The notes: generated by a model not told the origin, from the letters alone. Positions 24,751-37,057 are shown, counted from the first letter of the stretch. The stretch: 64,000 nucleotides of DNA from Macrostomum lignano (GCA_002269645.1 NIVC01001630.1:186001-250000), one strand, 5' to 3'. Numbers and translations: made by a program.

Positions 24751-24791
24751 AAAGAGGAACCCTCTTCCCTGGCCTTCTCCGAGTGCCTTCC

Positions 24792-24945
24792 AAGTGACAT
24801 TTGACTGTCAGTGACACTTGACTATCAGTGACATTTGACTGTCAGTGACACTTGACTATCAGTGACATTTGACTGTCAGTGACACTTGACTATCAGTGAC
24901 ATTTGACTGTCAGTGACACTTGACTATCAGTGACATTTGACTGTA
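24792..24945. repeat. 17/34-bp quasi-palindromic tandem repeat (CAGTGACATTTGACTGT/CAGTGACACTTGACTAT)
   Basis: Two alternating 17-mers. Confidence 0.9.
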
Positions 24946-25577
24946 CAGATTTCTAAATCTGTACCTGCAGGGGGTCGAGTCCTCATATGCGACACTAATA
25001 AACAGCGCTAAAATTTCACTCAAATGATGAAAAAATCACTGAAAAAACTTAGGAGACAATATATAGGAGCTGATCAGAGAATATAGCGCTCGATATTCTC
25101 TGGAGCTGATTGACGGCTGTCTGATCGCAAATTAATCTATTTCTACCATAGATTGCTCAAAGTACGTATTAAATTAGCGTCTCAAAGCCATTTCCCTTAG
25201 CTTCAACTTGCTTCATTTTTGCTACCCAAAACCAACACAAATTAAAAGCATCTGCACAACACGGATCTTCTAGCAAACTTCAAACCTGGATTTGGATGAG
25301 TTAGTAGTTTATTTTGCTTGTGATTTTTCCAACCGGAGACAGCTGAACTAATAAATCATGGATGCTTTTCATCACAATATTTTCTTGTCTACAATTTCAG
25401 TGATCCTATTGTCTTTGTTTTGCTGCACAGTTTTTATTCTCTGAATATTCATTTTACATTGTGCCGAAGGGCGTAGACTATCAATGGCCAGTATGAGCTA
25501 GTTTAGCTAGCAGGTTAAACGATCTATTAGGGGGAGGGGCGAAAGAGACTGAGATATAAGAGCAGGGAGACACACAC

Positions 25578-25580
<3 letters not shown>

Positions 25581-25642
<62 letters not shown>
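25581..25642. repeat. (GA)n microsatellite
   Basis: Direct observation. Confidence 0.95.
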
Positions 25643-25646
<4 letters not shown>

Positions 25647-25969
25647 GGAGTGATATTATTCACATATGCTAAATATTTAATTTACTATCTATACGCTACT
25701 ATCACGATATGATATCCTCTGCCGTAATACATGTTGCAAAGTTATAGCAATTCTATCGTGATTAAGGTTATGAGAAGTCTTATTTGAAAAAAGTAATAGC
25801 TCTTATTTAACTACCCATGGAGTAGCTAATACATGAGAATAGTTTATTTTTTGTATACGAGTGTACTATCAATTTTTCAATCAACTATATTTTTTATGGA
25901 AAACGGGTCTGATCAACTGGTTAAACGTATATCAAAGTTTTGTAAACGAAAGTTTTTTTTTGTTTTTTC

Positions 25970-26640
25970 TTATTCCAACTCGCCAAAATCGTTGCCACCC
26001 TCAATCTGTGGTATCGGGCCGGGCGGCGGTGGCGGCCTATTCGGCGTCGTAGCTGGCGGCGGCGACTCAGTAGTAACGCGCTGCGTTGTTGGCGGACGGG
26101 CTGTTGTCAAAGATGCTCGAGTAGTTTTAGGTGTCGGTGGAACCATAGTCTTCCTTGATCTTCCGTTCCGGCGCCATCCTCCCCAGTGGCGTCGCCAGGG
26201 TCGTCCCCAACGGCCGCGACCTCGACCCCAGATCGGCCGACGTCGATTCCACCCATATCGTTTAAAAACCCGCTTGATTTGTTTTGCTGCACGCCGAATC
26301 CTTCTGAATCGGGACTGTTTCTCCGCTTGATCGATTTCCTGTTTGTTTATTTTTTGGTATCGTTATTTTATGTAGACATGAACTAGCGAAATTCAAAACA
26401 ACGAGTCGGTCGCAAAAAAACTTACGTCATCTTCTCCATCTTCGTGGTCGTTAGGAAGGCTTTCCTCAGCTGAAGAATCTTGACTTTCAGTGGCTTCCTC
26501 TTCACTGTTAATATCGTCGATGGCTTCAGCTAGTTGATGGTCTTCACGCTCTGCAGGGTCATCGTGGTAGCGGACGGCGCTACCTGTTGCTAGTGGCAGC
26601 AGCTTGGCGGTAAGAAGCGCTGCATGGCAAGAAATCGCAT
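25970..26640 (-). CDS. Secreted prepropeptide with Arg/Trp/Gly-rich cationic domain and Pro/Thr stalk (gene C); apparent 1-nt frameshift in signal peptide
   Basis: Exon 1 26426-26640: MRFLA../AALLTAKLLPLATGSAVRYHDDPAEREDHQLAE...EDGEDD, donor GTAAGT; 215 nt, one short of a codon multiple. Exon 2 25970-26338: EIDQAEKQSRFRRIRRAAKQIKRVFKRYGWNRRRPIWGRGRGRWGRPWRRHWGGWRRNGRSRKTMVPPTP...GELE-stop. Absent from the ORF track. Confidence 0.75.
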
Positions 26641-27197
26641 ATTTTTGTATTTTCTACCGGCTGTAAAGAAGAGAAAGTATCAGAAATTAACTCGGCTCCG
26701 AGATACAGCTTAAGCGAAAATTTATTTTAAAAAGATTTCTTTTCGAATTCCCGGATTTTCATACTCAATGAAGTCCTGGATATGCAGAGCCAACAGTTGT
26801 TTTGAATTGGCGAGTCACTACTAATAGCATCATAAAGTTTTTTTTCCGAAAAAATTTCAAACAGAATGAACGAGGCATAAGATGCATCTGCAGTCAAGCT
26901 CAAGTATCACCTGTGTGTATTCCAATGTTTTACTCTTAATAGACACCTCAATAGTCGTAGCGCGAGACTAAATAGTAGAAAAAAAAGTGAGGATTAAGGC
27001 TGGCGCATTTTGCTCTTAAGTCTTTCTCGTTTTCAAAGTTCTTAGAACCGCGTATGCGAAAATATTGTCATTTCAGCTTTTTTATTTCAGTCGGACAATC
27101 GAAAATAATACGACACCAGAAACCAAGAGATTTAAAGAGTTAAGTTAGATTTTGACTTAAGACTTTTACGACGCTTTTCTCGCTGAAGGCAGCTAGG

Positions 27198-29090
27198 TTA
27201 GAATGTGCACAGAGTCTTGACAGATCGGCAGCAACCACTCTGACACTGTCCGCAGTAGGTCTTAGCGTTTCCAAGGTCATTATTGTCTCGCAGGTACTTG
27301 ATATAGTCCTTCCATCCTGTGCACGTGTCGCCCCAGGAGTCACCCCAGAAGCAGCTCTCGTCGGCTTCGGGAGCGGAGGTGTCGCTAGCGCACTGGCCGT
27401 CCCAGTTGCAGCTCTTCTTGTTGCCGCAGGGTGTGCCAACGGGGGCCCGGAGACCGCCGCCAGTCACTCCGCTTGAAGAGCCGGCGGTCGGTGTGCAGAA
27501 GATCTTGGCGCAGATCAGTGCCGGATTAGAAGAGACGTCATCAGTGAGGAAGAACTTGCCCGGACTGGATGGATAGGCGAGGCGACACACCTGGTCCAGG
27601 GTCATGCGACCACCTTCGCGAGTCGTTGTAGCCACAGAGGAGTCTGGAGAGCCTTGACGCGACTTCAAGCACTCGGCCTTGCCTAATAAGTTGTAAATTT
27701 TATAACTATTTGTAATTTTTCAATAATTTTGCAAAAAGCCTGTATGTTAGATCAAGGACCACTATGAACACTAGGAACAAGTCTAGTAGTCCTTGTGTTA
27801 GATTTGTGCTGCGTACCTGTAGCCAGATAGTTTTTCATGAAGGTCACTGTGCAGGGAGAAAACCTATACGAGTTGGCGACGTCGCTAAGGGAGTATGACC
27901 CCGCAGAAGGCGACATTAGGAACTTGTAAGCCACTTTGCACGCCGGTTGGTCATTGTCGTGATCGGATCCCATGTTGTGGGCCAGCTCGTGAGACGCTGT
28001 GCCCCAGCTTTGCAAGCCCTGGTCCTCATTGATGCTAACTCGCGTGTCCTGACAGGCGCCTCCAACGTAAGCCATGCCGCACACTGCGGTGTTGCCGCCA
28101 CTCTGGATATCCGTGCGCGTAAACGCCATCACGTGATCGGCAGTCTTGCCAACGGCGTAAGACTTGATGTAGCCGAGGATTGCACTGGCGTCGGTTGCTG
28201 TTCAGTAGCGGATTGAGGAAGTGATAATTTAATAGATTTAGCTATTTCAGAATTATTAGCAAAATTTATCGTACTTACCGTCAGACGAACCAGCTGGAGG
28301 CATCCATTGCGAATCAGCCTGCGTCTTTGCCACGGTGAGGCCGGTGCACTTGACACTCATAGACGGGTTTCCGACGTTTCTGAACGCTGTATCGATTCCG
28401 TTCAAAATGTGCGTGTAATAATAGTGAAGCTCTGTCATAGCTGCAGCATCAGTGCTGTAAATTGTCTTAAACGCGTTCCACACAGTGTGGTCCAGAAGCA
28501 AAAGGAGCTCCACCTCAAGATCTGTAGCAGCTTGATTGGACTGACGCTTCTTGCGGCTCATTACTTGCATGACCTTCGACTTGTCAATCTGCGACTCAAT
28601 ACCGTCTGGCTGGGCAATGTTGCGTGTGACTTGATGCTCTGAAGCACCGCTTGGCTTGACGAAATAGGATGTACCTTCGTGCATCACGTGACCGCTGAAG
28701 CGTTTCTTTCCCTTCTCGTGTCGAACACTGATGACAGACTTGCTCTCGATGTCCCTGTAGTGAGCGTGACTCGCGTGGTGAGCTTGGCGAGCTGAAAAAG
28801 TCCTGGAGACTCCATTCTCTCTCACGGTCATTGGCACACTCTCAAAGGCGTCAGTCTTTTCCAATGGAATGCGGACCTTCTTGTTCGTGCTGGGCAGCTG
28901 TACTTCGATCTCCATAGACGAAGGATGCGGTCCATCGTTGCTGGATCGAGTCACAGACACTGAAGCCTGGGCCGCAGCAACAGCGAGCAGAAATATGACT
29001 GCAAAATTGATAGATAATTACGCTGAAAACTTGCTTCGATGTTTGTTGTGACACATGAATGATAAATCACTACTTACCAAGGCGCAGCAT
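27198..29090 (-). CDS. Secreted M12B (reprolysin/ADAMTS-like) zinc metalloprotease, paralog 1
   Basis: Exons 29078-29090, 28279-28998, 27817-28197, 27198-27682 (all phase 1). Signal MLRLVIFLLAVAAAQA, furin site RKKR, HELAHNMGSDHD, Met-turn FLMSP, Cys-rich domain. Confidence 0.92.
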
Positions 29091-30489
29091 TTTCAGAGCG
29101 CTGGTCAAAACGACAATTTGTAGGTTTCTGTTCCACTCAGACACAAGGTTTAAGTGGGCTTATCTTTATCGGCAAGGATCAACCACTGACCGTCTTCGTT
29201 TTTATGCTTTTGATCGCAGTTGTAGCGGATATTGGTTAAGCACAATTAATTCCTGGCCACGACTTTGGCAACAACGATTGCCAGCTTGGACTTGACCAAC
29301 TATAGTCATTGAAATGCCAGAACTTACCAGTCCGGATATTAAATTCCGTAAATAAAAGATTACCCTTCCACGACCCATGACGCTACTAAAGATTTTCGAA
29401 AAAAAATGTTCGTGAGAGCGCATCTTCTCGGTCTCATAAATGCCATTAAAACTAAAAAAATCAAGCACCAGCAATTTCCGGGGATTGTTATTCCAACTGA
29501 AGTCGATCGTTTTTTTAAAATTCAATTCGTGTCGAACTTTCTTGAACACTTCGACACGTTCGAATTTAAGCTGTAGCATGAGATGCAGGGCAAAATTTCA
29601 AATCCATAGCATGCTTGATGGATTCGATCAGGCAACGAGTCAATAAACATTCTTGATTAGTAGAGTATAAATTTTATGCACTCCCAAATTTCAAAATTTA
29701 GGAAATATTACTACTCTATAATGTTAGCATTTTAGCAAATCAGTTGCTTCGCAGAAGTTTCAGAGGGTTAAATGACTGGATTTTTCATGCTTGATGATAC
29801 AACAACTGTTGAAAGGTTTGAAATAGCCGCACTGTATAAACGCTTTGACATATCGTTGACAGCGAGCGTACGAGTCGTATATCAGTTTGAAGCTGTCCAG
29901 AGCACCCCGGGAAGAGTATGCATGACGCATGGGAATGCAATTTTCTATATGTGAGCGTCCACACATTCCATTTCGTTTCCTGACTTGCACTAATTATTTT
30001 TTAACACTGCATCAAAGTATTTATACTTGTGGTTCGTCAAACCGACCATCGATCAGAATTCGTATTCACGAGCTTGTAGACTGCAATAAAAAAATTACAG
30101 ACAAGAATTTCTGTAGCATTGGAGAATAATTGTTCGATACTTTCGAATTTTCTTGGAAATAATCTATCGAGGTGAGACTTGAGTTTTTTTTAATTTTTTA
30201 ATTTCAACAAAAACTTCTTGAGAGAAAAAAAAGTTAAGTATAATAGAGATAAGTATAGGCTAAAACTGGATCAATATGATAGATTGGGCAAGCATAACTC
30301 CACCCAAAGCTAGCTAGCTGGTAGCACTTGTTCAAGCACGAGTTAAAACAAGTTAAACTCAATACATAGAAATTTCACTTCCGTACATTGTCCGCATTCC
30401 ACTGCGAGAACAGATCTTGCGTTTATAAAAAACTAAAAAAACGCTACTGGCAAAAAAGTATTAAAGATAATCATTTTATTCATACTTAA

Positions 30490-31192
30490 CACGCCTCCCC
30501 TGAAGAGAGAATTCGGTCGATAAAATATGCCCTGAAAACTACTGATTTCCCATGAATCCATGACCCAGCAGAAGTCCAAAAAAGCAATCCTAGAAATCCT
30601 ATCGCATTGTCTGCACAGTGTACAGGTATGCAAAATATTACAGTGACTTTAGTTGATATCGGTATAGAATGAAACTAATCCATTCTGCCAGAGCCTCAGA
30701 AGTTGGCCTTTCATGGCTGAGTATCGCCTCAGGCCAATCGCACGGAATCGAACCAACTATACATGCATACATTTTTTCGCAAGAGGCAGCTGCTCAGCCT
30801 CTCAATTGCTTCATCAGTTGTTTATTATTAAAGTGCAGCCGAGCTCTGGCAGCCCGTCTCTATTCTGTCCAGCTCTCGGCCTGCCCAGGACAGTGCGGGA
30901 CTCACATATAGGCTGATTTTGGATTTCACACGGTTTATCTGTGCACTGCGGCTGCCTGGCTTTTTTATTGCATTTTGCACTTGGTGACCGGCACTTTAGC
31001 ATTTCACTGCTGAGATTTGTCAACTCGAAAGCTCAGCTTCTCTACTCTCCATAAGATCCCAGCTCAGCTTCTTTGTTCTCTATCAGATCCCAGCTCAGAT
31101 CATGCAGACTCTGCTGGGTCATGGATTCATGGGAAATCAGAAGTTTTCAGGGCATATTGTATCGACCGAATTCTGTCTTCAGGGGAGGCGTG
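30490..31192. mobile_element. MITE with 83-bp TIRs and TTAA target duplication (piggyBac-like)
   Basis: TIRs 30490-30572 and 31110-31192; TTAA at 30486-89 and 31193-96; no transposase ORF. Confidence 0.82.
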
Positions 31193-31655
31193 TTAAGCCC
31201 ATTCAATTAGAACTTTATAGCAATACAATCCGAACTAAAAGTTTTTGTACAATCAATTCTATCCAATCAATTTAATACAGCGTTTGTTGGTAAGTTTCGA
31301 TAACAATACATGCATGCTCTCCAATAAATGTTTCGTTTAATCGTAGATTAACTTCATTCAGATACAGCCCAGAATAGCACTAACACAACTAACTAGTCCT
31401 ACAAGCAACATGCGCTCAAGGACAACTATGTATGTTAGTTAAGTAGTCCTTGCATGCGCTGCGGCAGCTTTATAATTAATAAATTGCCACAATATTTTTA
31501 CCAAAACAGACACGCCTTGACTGATTAGTCTTTCTTTTTATGCATTTATTCTCCTCTTTTGTATTTTTCTATCCGGTATGTTTCTATTAACGATGTAATA
31601 ATCTCTATCTTCCGCTTCAGTGCCCGCACACGCGGCAGCGAACCAAAGAAAACCG

Positions 31656-33647
31656 ATGAAAATGCTGAAAATAGGTGAGTTAACCACAGAACATACAGAA
31701 GCTCTGTGGAGTCAACTGCATATGCTTCAGGAAATTAATTACGTATGTTTACGAGTCGTACGTGCTCAATATTTTAGCTATATTTCTGGCCGTCTCTGCG
31801 GCAGCCCAGGCCTCGGTGTCCGTGACGCAATCCAGCGGTGACGGACCTCACCCGTCCTCCATGGAGATCGAGCTCCAGCTGCCCGACACCGACAAGAAAG
31901 TCCGCATCCCGCTGACCAAGACTGCTCCGTTGGATGGCGCTGTGGTCACTGTGACGGACGGTGGAGTCTCCAGGACGTTCTCTGGCCGACAAGCTCAACA
32001 CGGAGATCAAGCTCACTACAGAAACGTTGATAGCAAGTCAGTGATCAGCGTTCGACACGAGAACGGCACAAAGCGCATCAGCGGTCACGTGATGCACGAA
32101 GGCACCTCGTATGTCATCCAGCCGATCGGCGACTCTGGGCACCGCGTCTCCAAAACCAGCGAAACCGCGGATGAGCCGCAGCCCGAGCAGTTGCTGAGTC
32201 GCAAGAAACGCCGAGTGAACCGAGAGGCTACCGAATACGAAGTTGAGATCCACATCCTCATTGATCACACCGTTTGGAAGGCTTTCAAGACAATTTTCGG
32301 TACAGATGAAGAAGCCCTGACTGAGCTGCACTTCTACTATTCTCACATTGTGATTGGCATGGACACGGTCTTCAGGAACATCGGCAGTCCGTCAATCAGT
32401 GTCAGGTGCATTGGGTTAACAGTAGCCAAGACTGAAGCCGATGCAAAGTGGATGCCACCGGATAGCTCGGCTGATGGTACGCGCTTTAGTGCGCTTTTGT
32501 CTTACTTGACATACCTGAATTAGCTGCAGGGGGTTCTGGGCGTCCGGAAACAGCGAAAAGGCGTTGAGAGAGTAGTAATTTGAATAATGTGTAATTTAAA
32601 AACTATTTCAGCGTTGAAGTGTTCTCTCAAACAGATTTTTTAGCAAGCGATGGTGGTGCCACTCTCGGCAGAATCCGAGCGTACTCGAAAGGCGACAGAG
32701 CCGATCACGTGATGGGCTTCACCCGGAGAGATATTTCGCTAGGCAAGAACTCTGCGGTGACAGGAGTCGCTTTTGAAAATAGCGCCTGCCAAGAGACGAA
32801 GGTCAGCGTTGTCGAAGATTCCGGCCTCCACAGCTGGATGACGGCCGCGCACGAGCTCGCGCACAACTTGGGGGCCAGTCACGATAATAACGAACCCGGA
32901 TGCGAAATGGATCTGAAGTTCATAATGTCGCCTGCCGCTACATCCTACGATCTCAGCAACATAGCCAATTCCTACCGGTTCTCTCCGTGCACAGTGGGGC
33001 AGATCAGGACCTATCTCGACTCCGGTAAGTTTTTCGCGTTTCTTTGAGTTGTTTTATTTCTAAGGAATTGTCTAATTTGGAAATCAGAGCTTTTCTTAAG
33101 CTTTGACGCAAAGAAGTGAAAAACATTGATACGTCAAAAATATTTGAATGCCTAACCAGGAAAAGCAGCGTGTCTGCAGTCTCGTCAAGGCACCCCCGTC
33201 AGCCAACTGACAAGCTCTGTCCGCGAAGGAGCTCGCATGTCCCTCGATCAGGTGTGCCGTCTCAATTACCCATCGAGTCCCGGCAATATTTTCTTGACGG
33301 AGGACGTTAAAGCAAACCCGGCTCTGATGTGCGCCAAAATGCACTGCCTCTTGAAGGCCGACCACGCACACGGAACAACTAGCACCGGCTTCCGCGCCCC
33401 AGTCGGGTCGCCCTGCGGCAACAAGAAGAGCTGCAATTGGGACGGCCAGTGCGTTGCCGACGAAGCAGCACCCGCTGCAGACGAAAGCTGCTTCTTTGGC
33501 GACATATGGGGCGACCAATGTGGGGGGTGGAAAACCTACATCGAGTACCTGCGCAACACGGATCAAAAATCTCAACGCAGGAGCTACTGCGGCCAGACGC
33601 AAACGAATTGTTGCGCTAGTCTCAAGAATTTGTGTCGGTTTGATTAA
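31656..33647 (+). CDS. Secreted M12B (reprolysin/ADAMTS-like) zinc metalloprotease, paralog 2
   Basis: Exons 31656-31674, 31778-32476, 32644-33024, 33160-33647. Same intron positions as paralog 1. Signal MKMLKIAIFLAVSAAAQA, RKKRR, HELAHNLGASHD, FIMSP, Cys-rich domain. Confidence 0.92.
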
Positions 33648-34242
33648 GCTTGGTGGGAAAAAAAGTTCCAAAGAAATTACCAAGCAACTCATAGAACTGC
33701 GAAAATAGATTGAAAACTTTTGGAGTAAAATTTGGGATCTTGCTGAGTTATCAAAAATGTCTCGTTTTCTTCAATTTCGTGAAACTCTGACACCGAAAAT
33801 AAAAAAATACGTTCATAAATTGATTGAAGGTAATACTTTTTAAAGTTTTAATATGAGTAATATGTACCGCATATTTAATTTTTATTCATTTTTATTTTAA
33901 TCAAGTGTACTGCATTTCGAATTCGTTATATTTTCTGCAGCTATATTTTAATTAAACAAATTTTATACAATTTAGCTTGCAACTTACAATATTTTATACA
34001 AAAGCTATTTAAAATGGAATACATCTCCTGCACCTCACGAAAAACTATATATAGGCTTGAAAATTTAATCAAACTTAATTAAAAGTAACTATTATACGAA
34101 TATAATCCCTTGCAGAAGTAGCGATTCCGATTAAGGTAGTCTTTTTCACTGGCACTTTTTCAGCAGCTAGAGCATCATGGCGGTGACCGATTAAAGGGGC
34201 GGTCGCATCGCACAGGAAGCCAGCTGCTTTACTTTACTTTAT

Positions 34243-34452
34243 GGTAACAGCGACTCAAAGCCCCGCTTCCGGCAGCGCCGTGCAAAGACAGTCTCTGGTA
34301 ACAGCGACTCAAAGCCCCGCTTCCGGCAGCGCCGTGCAAAGACAGTCTCTGGTAACAGCGACTCAAAGCCCCGCTTCCGGCAGCGCCGTGCAAAGACAGT
34401 CTCTGGTAACAGCGACTCAAAGCCCCGCTTCCGGCAGCGCCGTGCAAAGACA
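34243..34452. repeat. 54-bp tandem repeat x4, each with CTTCCGG (ETS-type site, minus strand)
   Basis: Near-identical copies starting at 34243, 34297, 34351, 34405. Confidence 0.93.
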
Positions 34453-34562
34453 CAGCCATTTATATTTTTTTCCCTAGTGAGTAAAAACTTATTTAAACTG
34501 AATAATGAACGATGAATACGATGATTGCTAAGCATTAAATACTACTGTCAGTAAGATAAAAT

Positions 34563-34895
34563 GTGCATGCAGTAATGGTTTTCTTTCCAATGTCACAGAC
34601 ACCATCGCTACTATCAGCGGGAGAAGTGCCGCCAGCGGCGACAGCAAAGCCGAGCTCCCAATTCAGAAAGCGAGCGAGTATTCAGTTGGATTCTCAGCCT
34701 CAAAAGCGGAACAACCATCGCCCCCGTTCAGCAAAGTCGAAAACCAACTACCGCACTGACTGCTCTCCCGAATCTGATGACGAAACCGAATCAAGTGGAT
34801 CAAACTGGTCCGAAGATCAGCGAGAGCTGGATGATGGACAATTTAAAATCAAAGCATATAATCAAAGCTTTGGTATTGGTATCAAAGCTGTATAA
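34563..34895 (+). CDS. Possible small disordered protein or first exon
   Basis: Non-repetitive 110-aa ORF, basic then acidic Ser-rich, downstream of a GC-rich promoter-like segment; no homology recognised. Confidence 0.3.
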   Translation: MHAVMVFFPMSQTPSLLSAGEVPPAATAKPSSQFRKRASIQLDSQPQKRNNHRPRSAKSKTNYRTDCSPESDDETESSGSNWSEDQRELDDGQFKIKAYNQSFGIGIKAV

Positions 34896-35949
34896 AAGCC
34901 CACATTTTCTTGTCTGGGGTCCAAGCAATGTGCATAAAATGTACTGCTATATACAGATACGGCAGAATATGCATGATCTGATCGTGATGTGAAAATTAAG
35001 CCGTTGTCAGTGCAAGAGTTACAAGATCCTCGCTTTGAAGCATATAATTTGAGCTTAGTATCTCATCAAAAGCTTTTTGCTCTTTTCTGTAACCTTCAGA
35101 GACCGCTGGCATTACACAAAGTTTACATTTGAAGAGCAATAAATTGACTATTAAATCACATCAATACGAAATATTTTTTGCCTTATAATATACACAATTA
35201 TGTGGTTTTATGAAGTATTTTTTACTGTCTTTTAAATATAAAATAATTATGCAACACAAAATACGATAGCCATGAGTAAGTTAATGAAGTGCGCGGTTAG
35301 GTAGGCTCAATCAGTTGTTAATTTGAATTTGCTTTTTTAGGCCGTGCTGCATGTGTAATTAATTTTGAATGCACAATAAGCAAAAGCTACACAATACATA
35401 AAATATTAGAGTAAACATTATTTACAGAACACATACTATGTACATGTTCATGCAAAATGTTTCTACTTAACCTAAAGTATACAGATCTAGATATAGTCAA
35501 TTACTTTATCAAATTCCGTTTGTAAATTTAGAGAATTACATGCATGGCTACAGAACTATATAGGTACTACCATCGCATGTATATGAATTAGAGTCAATAT
35601 AGTTAAACAAAAAATGCCCACTCAAAACCGTTGGTCGAATATCAGTGTTTAGAAGTTTTTTCATGTACCTTTCTAGCATTTTTACGCATTTTGATTCCAT
35701 TGTTTGCAGTCATGGATATGCATCGGTCACACGTGTCTGAAAGTTAGCGATTACGAATAGTTTTAATAATCTGGAGTTACTAAACAATAACTACATACCT
35801 GATTCAGCCTGTTCTAGAGATATGAATTCAGGCAGAAGTCTAAACCTCTTTCAAATATCTTAAAGAACCATGCGGATATAAAAAAGAGCTTCGGTACTTT
35901 AACTGAAGTGAAGTGGCGCCTCTTAAAGCGAAAAGCACGCTGCACCTTT

Positions 35950-36908
35950 CTGAAGTGTCAATCATCCTTCCCAAAGTGTCAACCATCCTTCCTAAAGTGT
36001 CAACCATCCTTCCCAAAGTGTCAACCATCCTTCCCAAAGTGTCAACCATCCTTCCCAAAGTGTCAACCATCCTTCCCAAAGTGTCAACCATCCTTCCCAA
36101 AGTGTCAACCATCCTTCCCAAAGTGTCAACCATCCTTCCCAAAGTGTCAACCATCCTTGCCAAAGTGTCAACCATCCTTCCCAAAGTGTCAACCATCCTT
36201 CCCAAAGTGTCAACCATCCTTCCCAAAGTGTCAACCATCCTTCCCAAAGTGTCAACCATCCTTCCCAAAGTGTCAACCATCCTTCCCAAAGTGTCAACCA
36301 TCCTTGCCAAAGTGTCAACCATCCTTCCCAAAGTGTCAACCATCCTTCCCAAAGTGTCAACCATCCTTCCCAAAGTGTCAACCATCCTTCCCAAAGTGTC
36401 AACCATCCTTCCCAAAGTGTCAACCATCCTTGCCAAAGTGTCAACCATCCTTCCCAAAGTGTCAACCATCCTTTCCAAAGTGTCAACCATCCTTTCCAAA
36501 GTGTCAACCATCCTTCCCAAAGTGTCAACCATCCTTCCCAAAGTGTCAACCATCCTTCCCAAAGTGTCAACCATCCTTCCCAAAGTGTCAACCATCCTTG
36601 CCAAAGTGTCAACCATCCTTCCCAAAGTGTCAACCATCCTTCCCAAAGTGTCAACCATCCTTCCCAAAGTGTCAACCATCCTTCCCAAAGTGTCAACCAT
36701 CCTTCCCAAAGTGTCAACCATCCTTCTCAAAGTGTCAACCATCCTTCCCAAAGTGTCAACCATCCTTTTTGAAGTGTCAACTATCCTTTCTAAAGTGTCA
36801 ACCATCCTTTTTGAAGTGTCAACCATCCTTCATGTAGTGTCAACCATCCTTCATGTAGTGTCAACCATCCTTCATGTAGTGTCAACCATCCTTTTTGAAG
36901 TGTCAACC
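35950..36908. repeat. 21-bp minisatellite (AAAGTGTCAACCATCCTTCCC)n
   Basis: Direct tandem repeat. Confidence 0.97.
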
Positions 36909-37057
36909 TCTTTTCAAATTAAAATCCTTTTTCCTGAACTGGTAGTTTTCGCCATTGTCCACCCCACTAAGGAGATAAATTGATGTTAAAAAGCTGTACT
37001 TTTTCACATATTGCCTAATATATGTATGCGAAAATATAACAGTTATATCCATAATTC

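Noticed and set aside
25833-26330. Plus-strand Gly/Arg-rich 165-aa ORF
   Set aside because: Antisense to gene C exon 2, which has splice sites and paralogous architecture.
34774-34786. CTGATGA-CGAAAC as a second hammerhead
   Set aside because: No stem II or stem I pairing; falls in ESDDET codons of the ORF.
35840-36983. 328-356-aa ORFs (MVDTLGR, KCQPSFP, KVSTILP)
   Set aside because: Translations of a 21-bp satellite.
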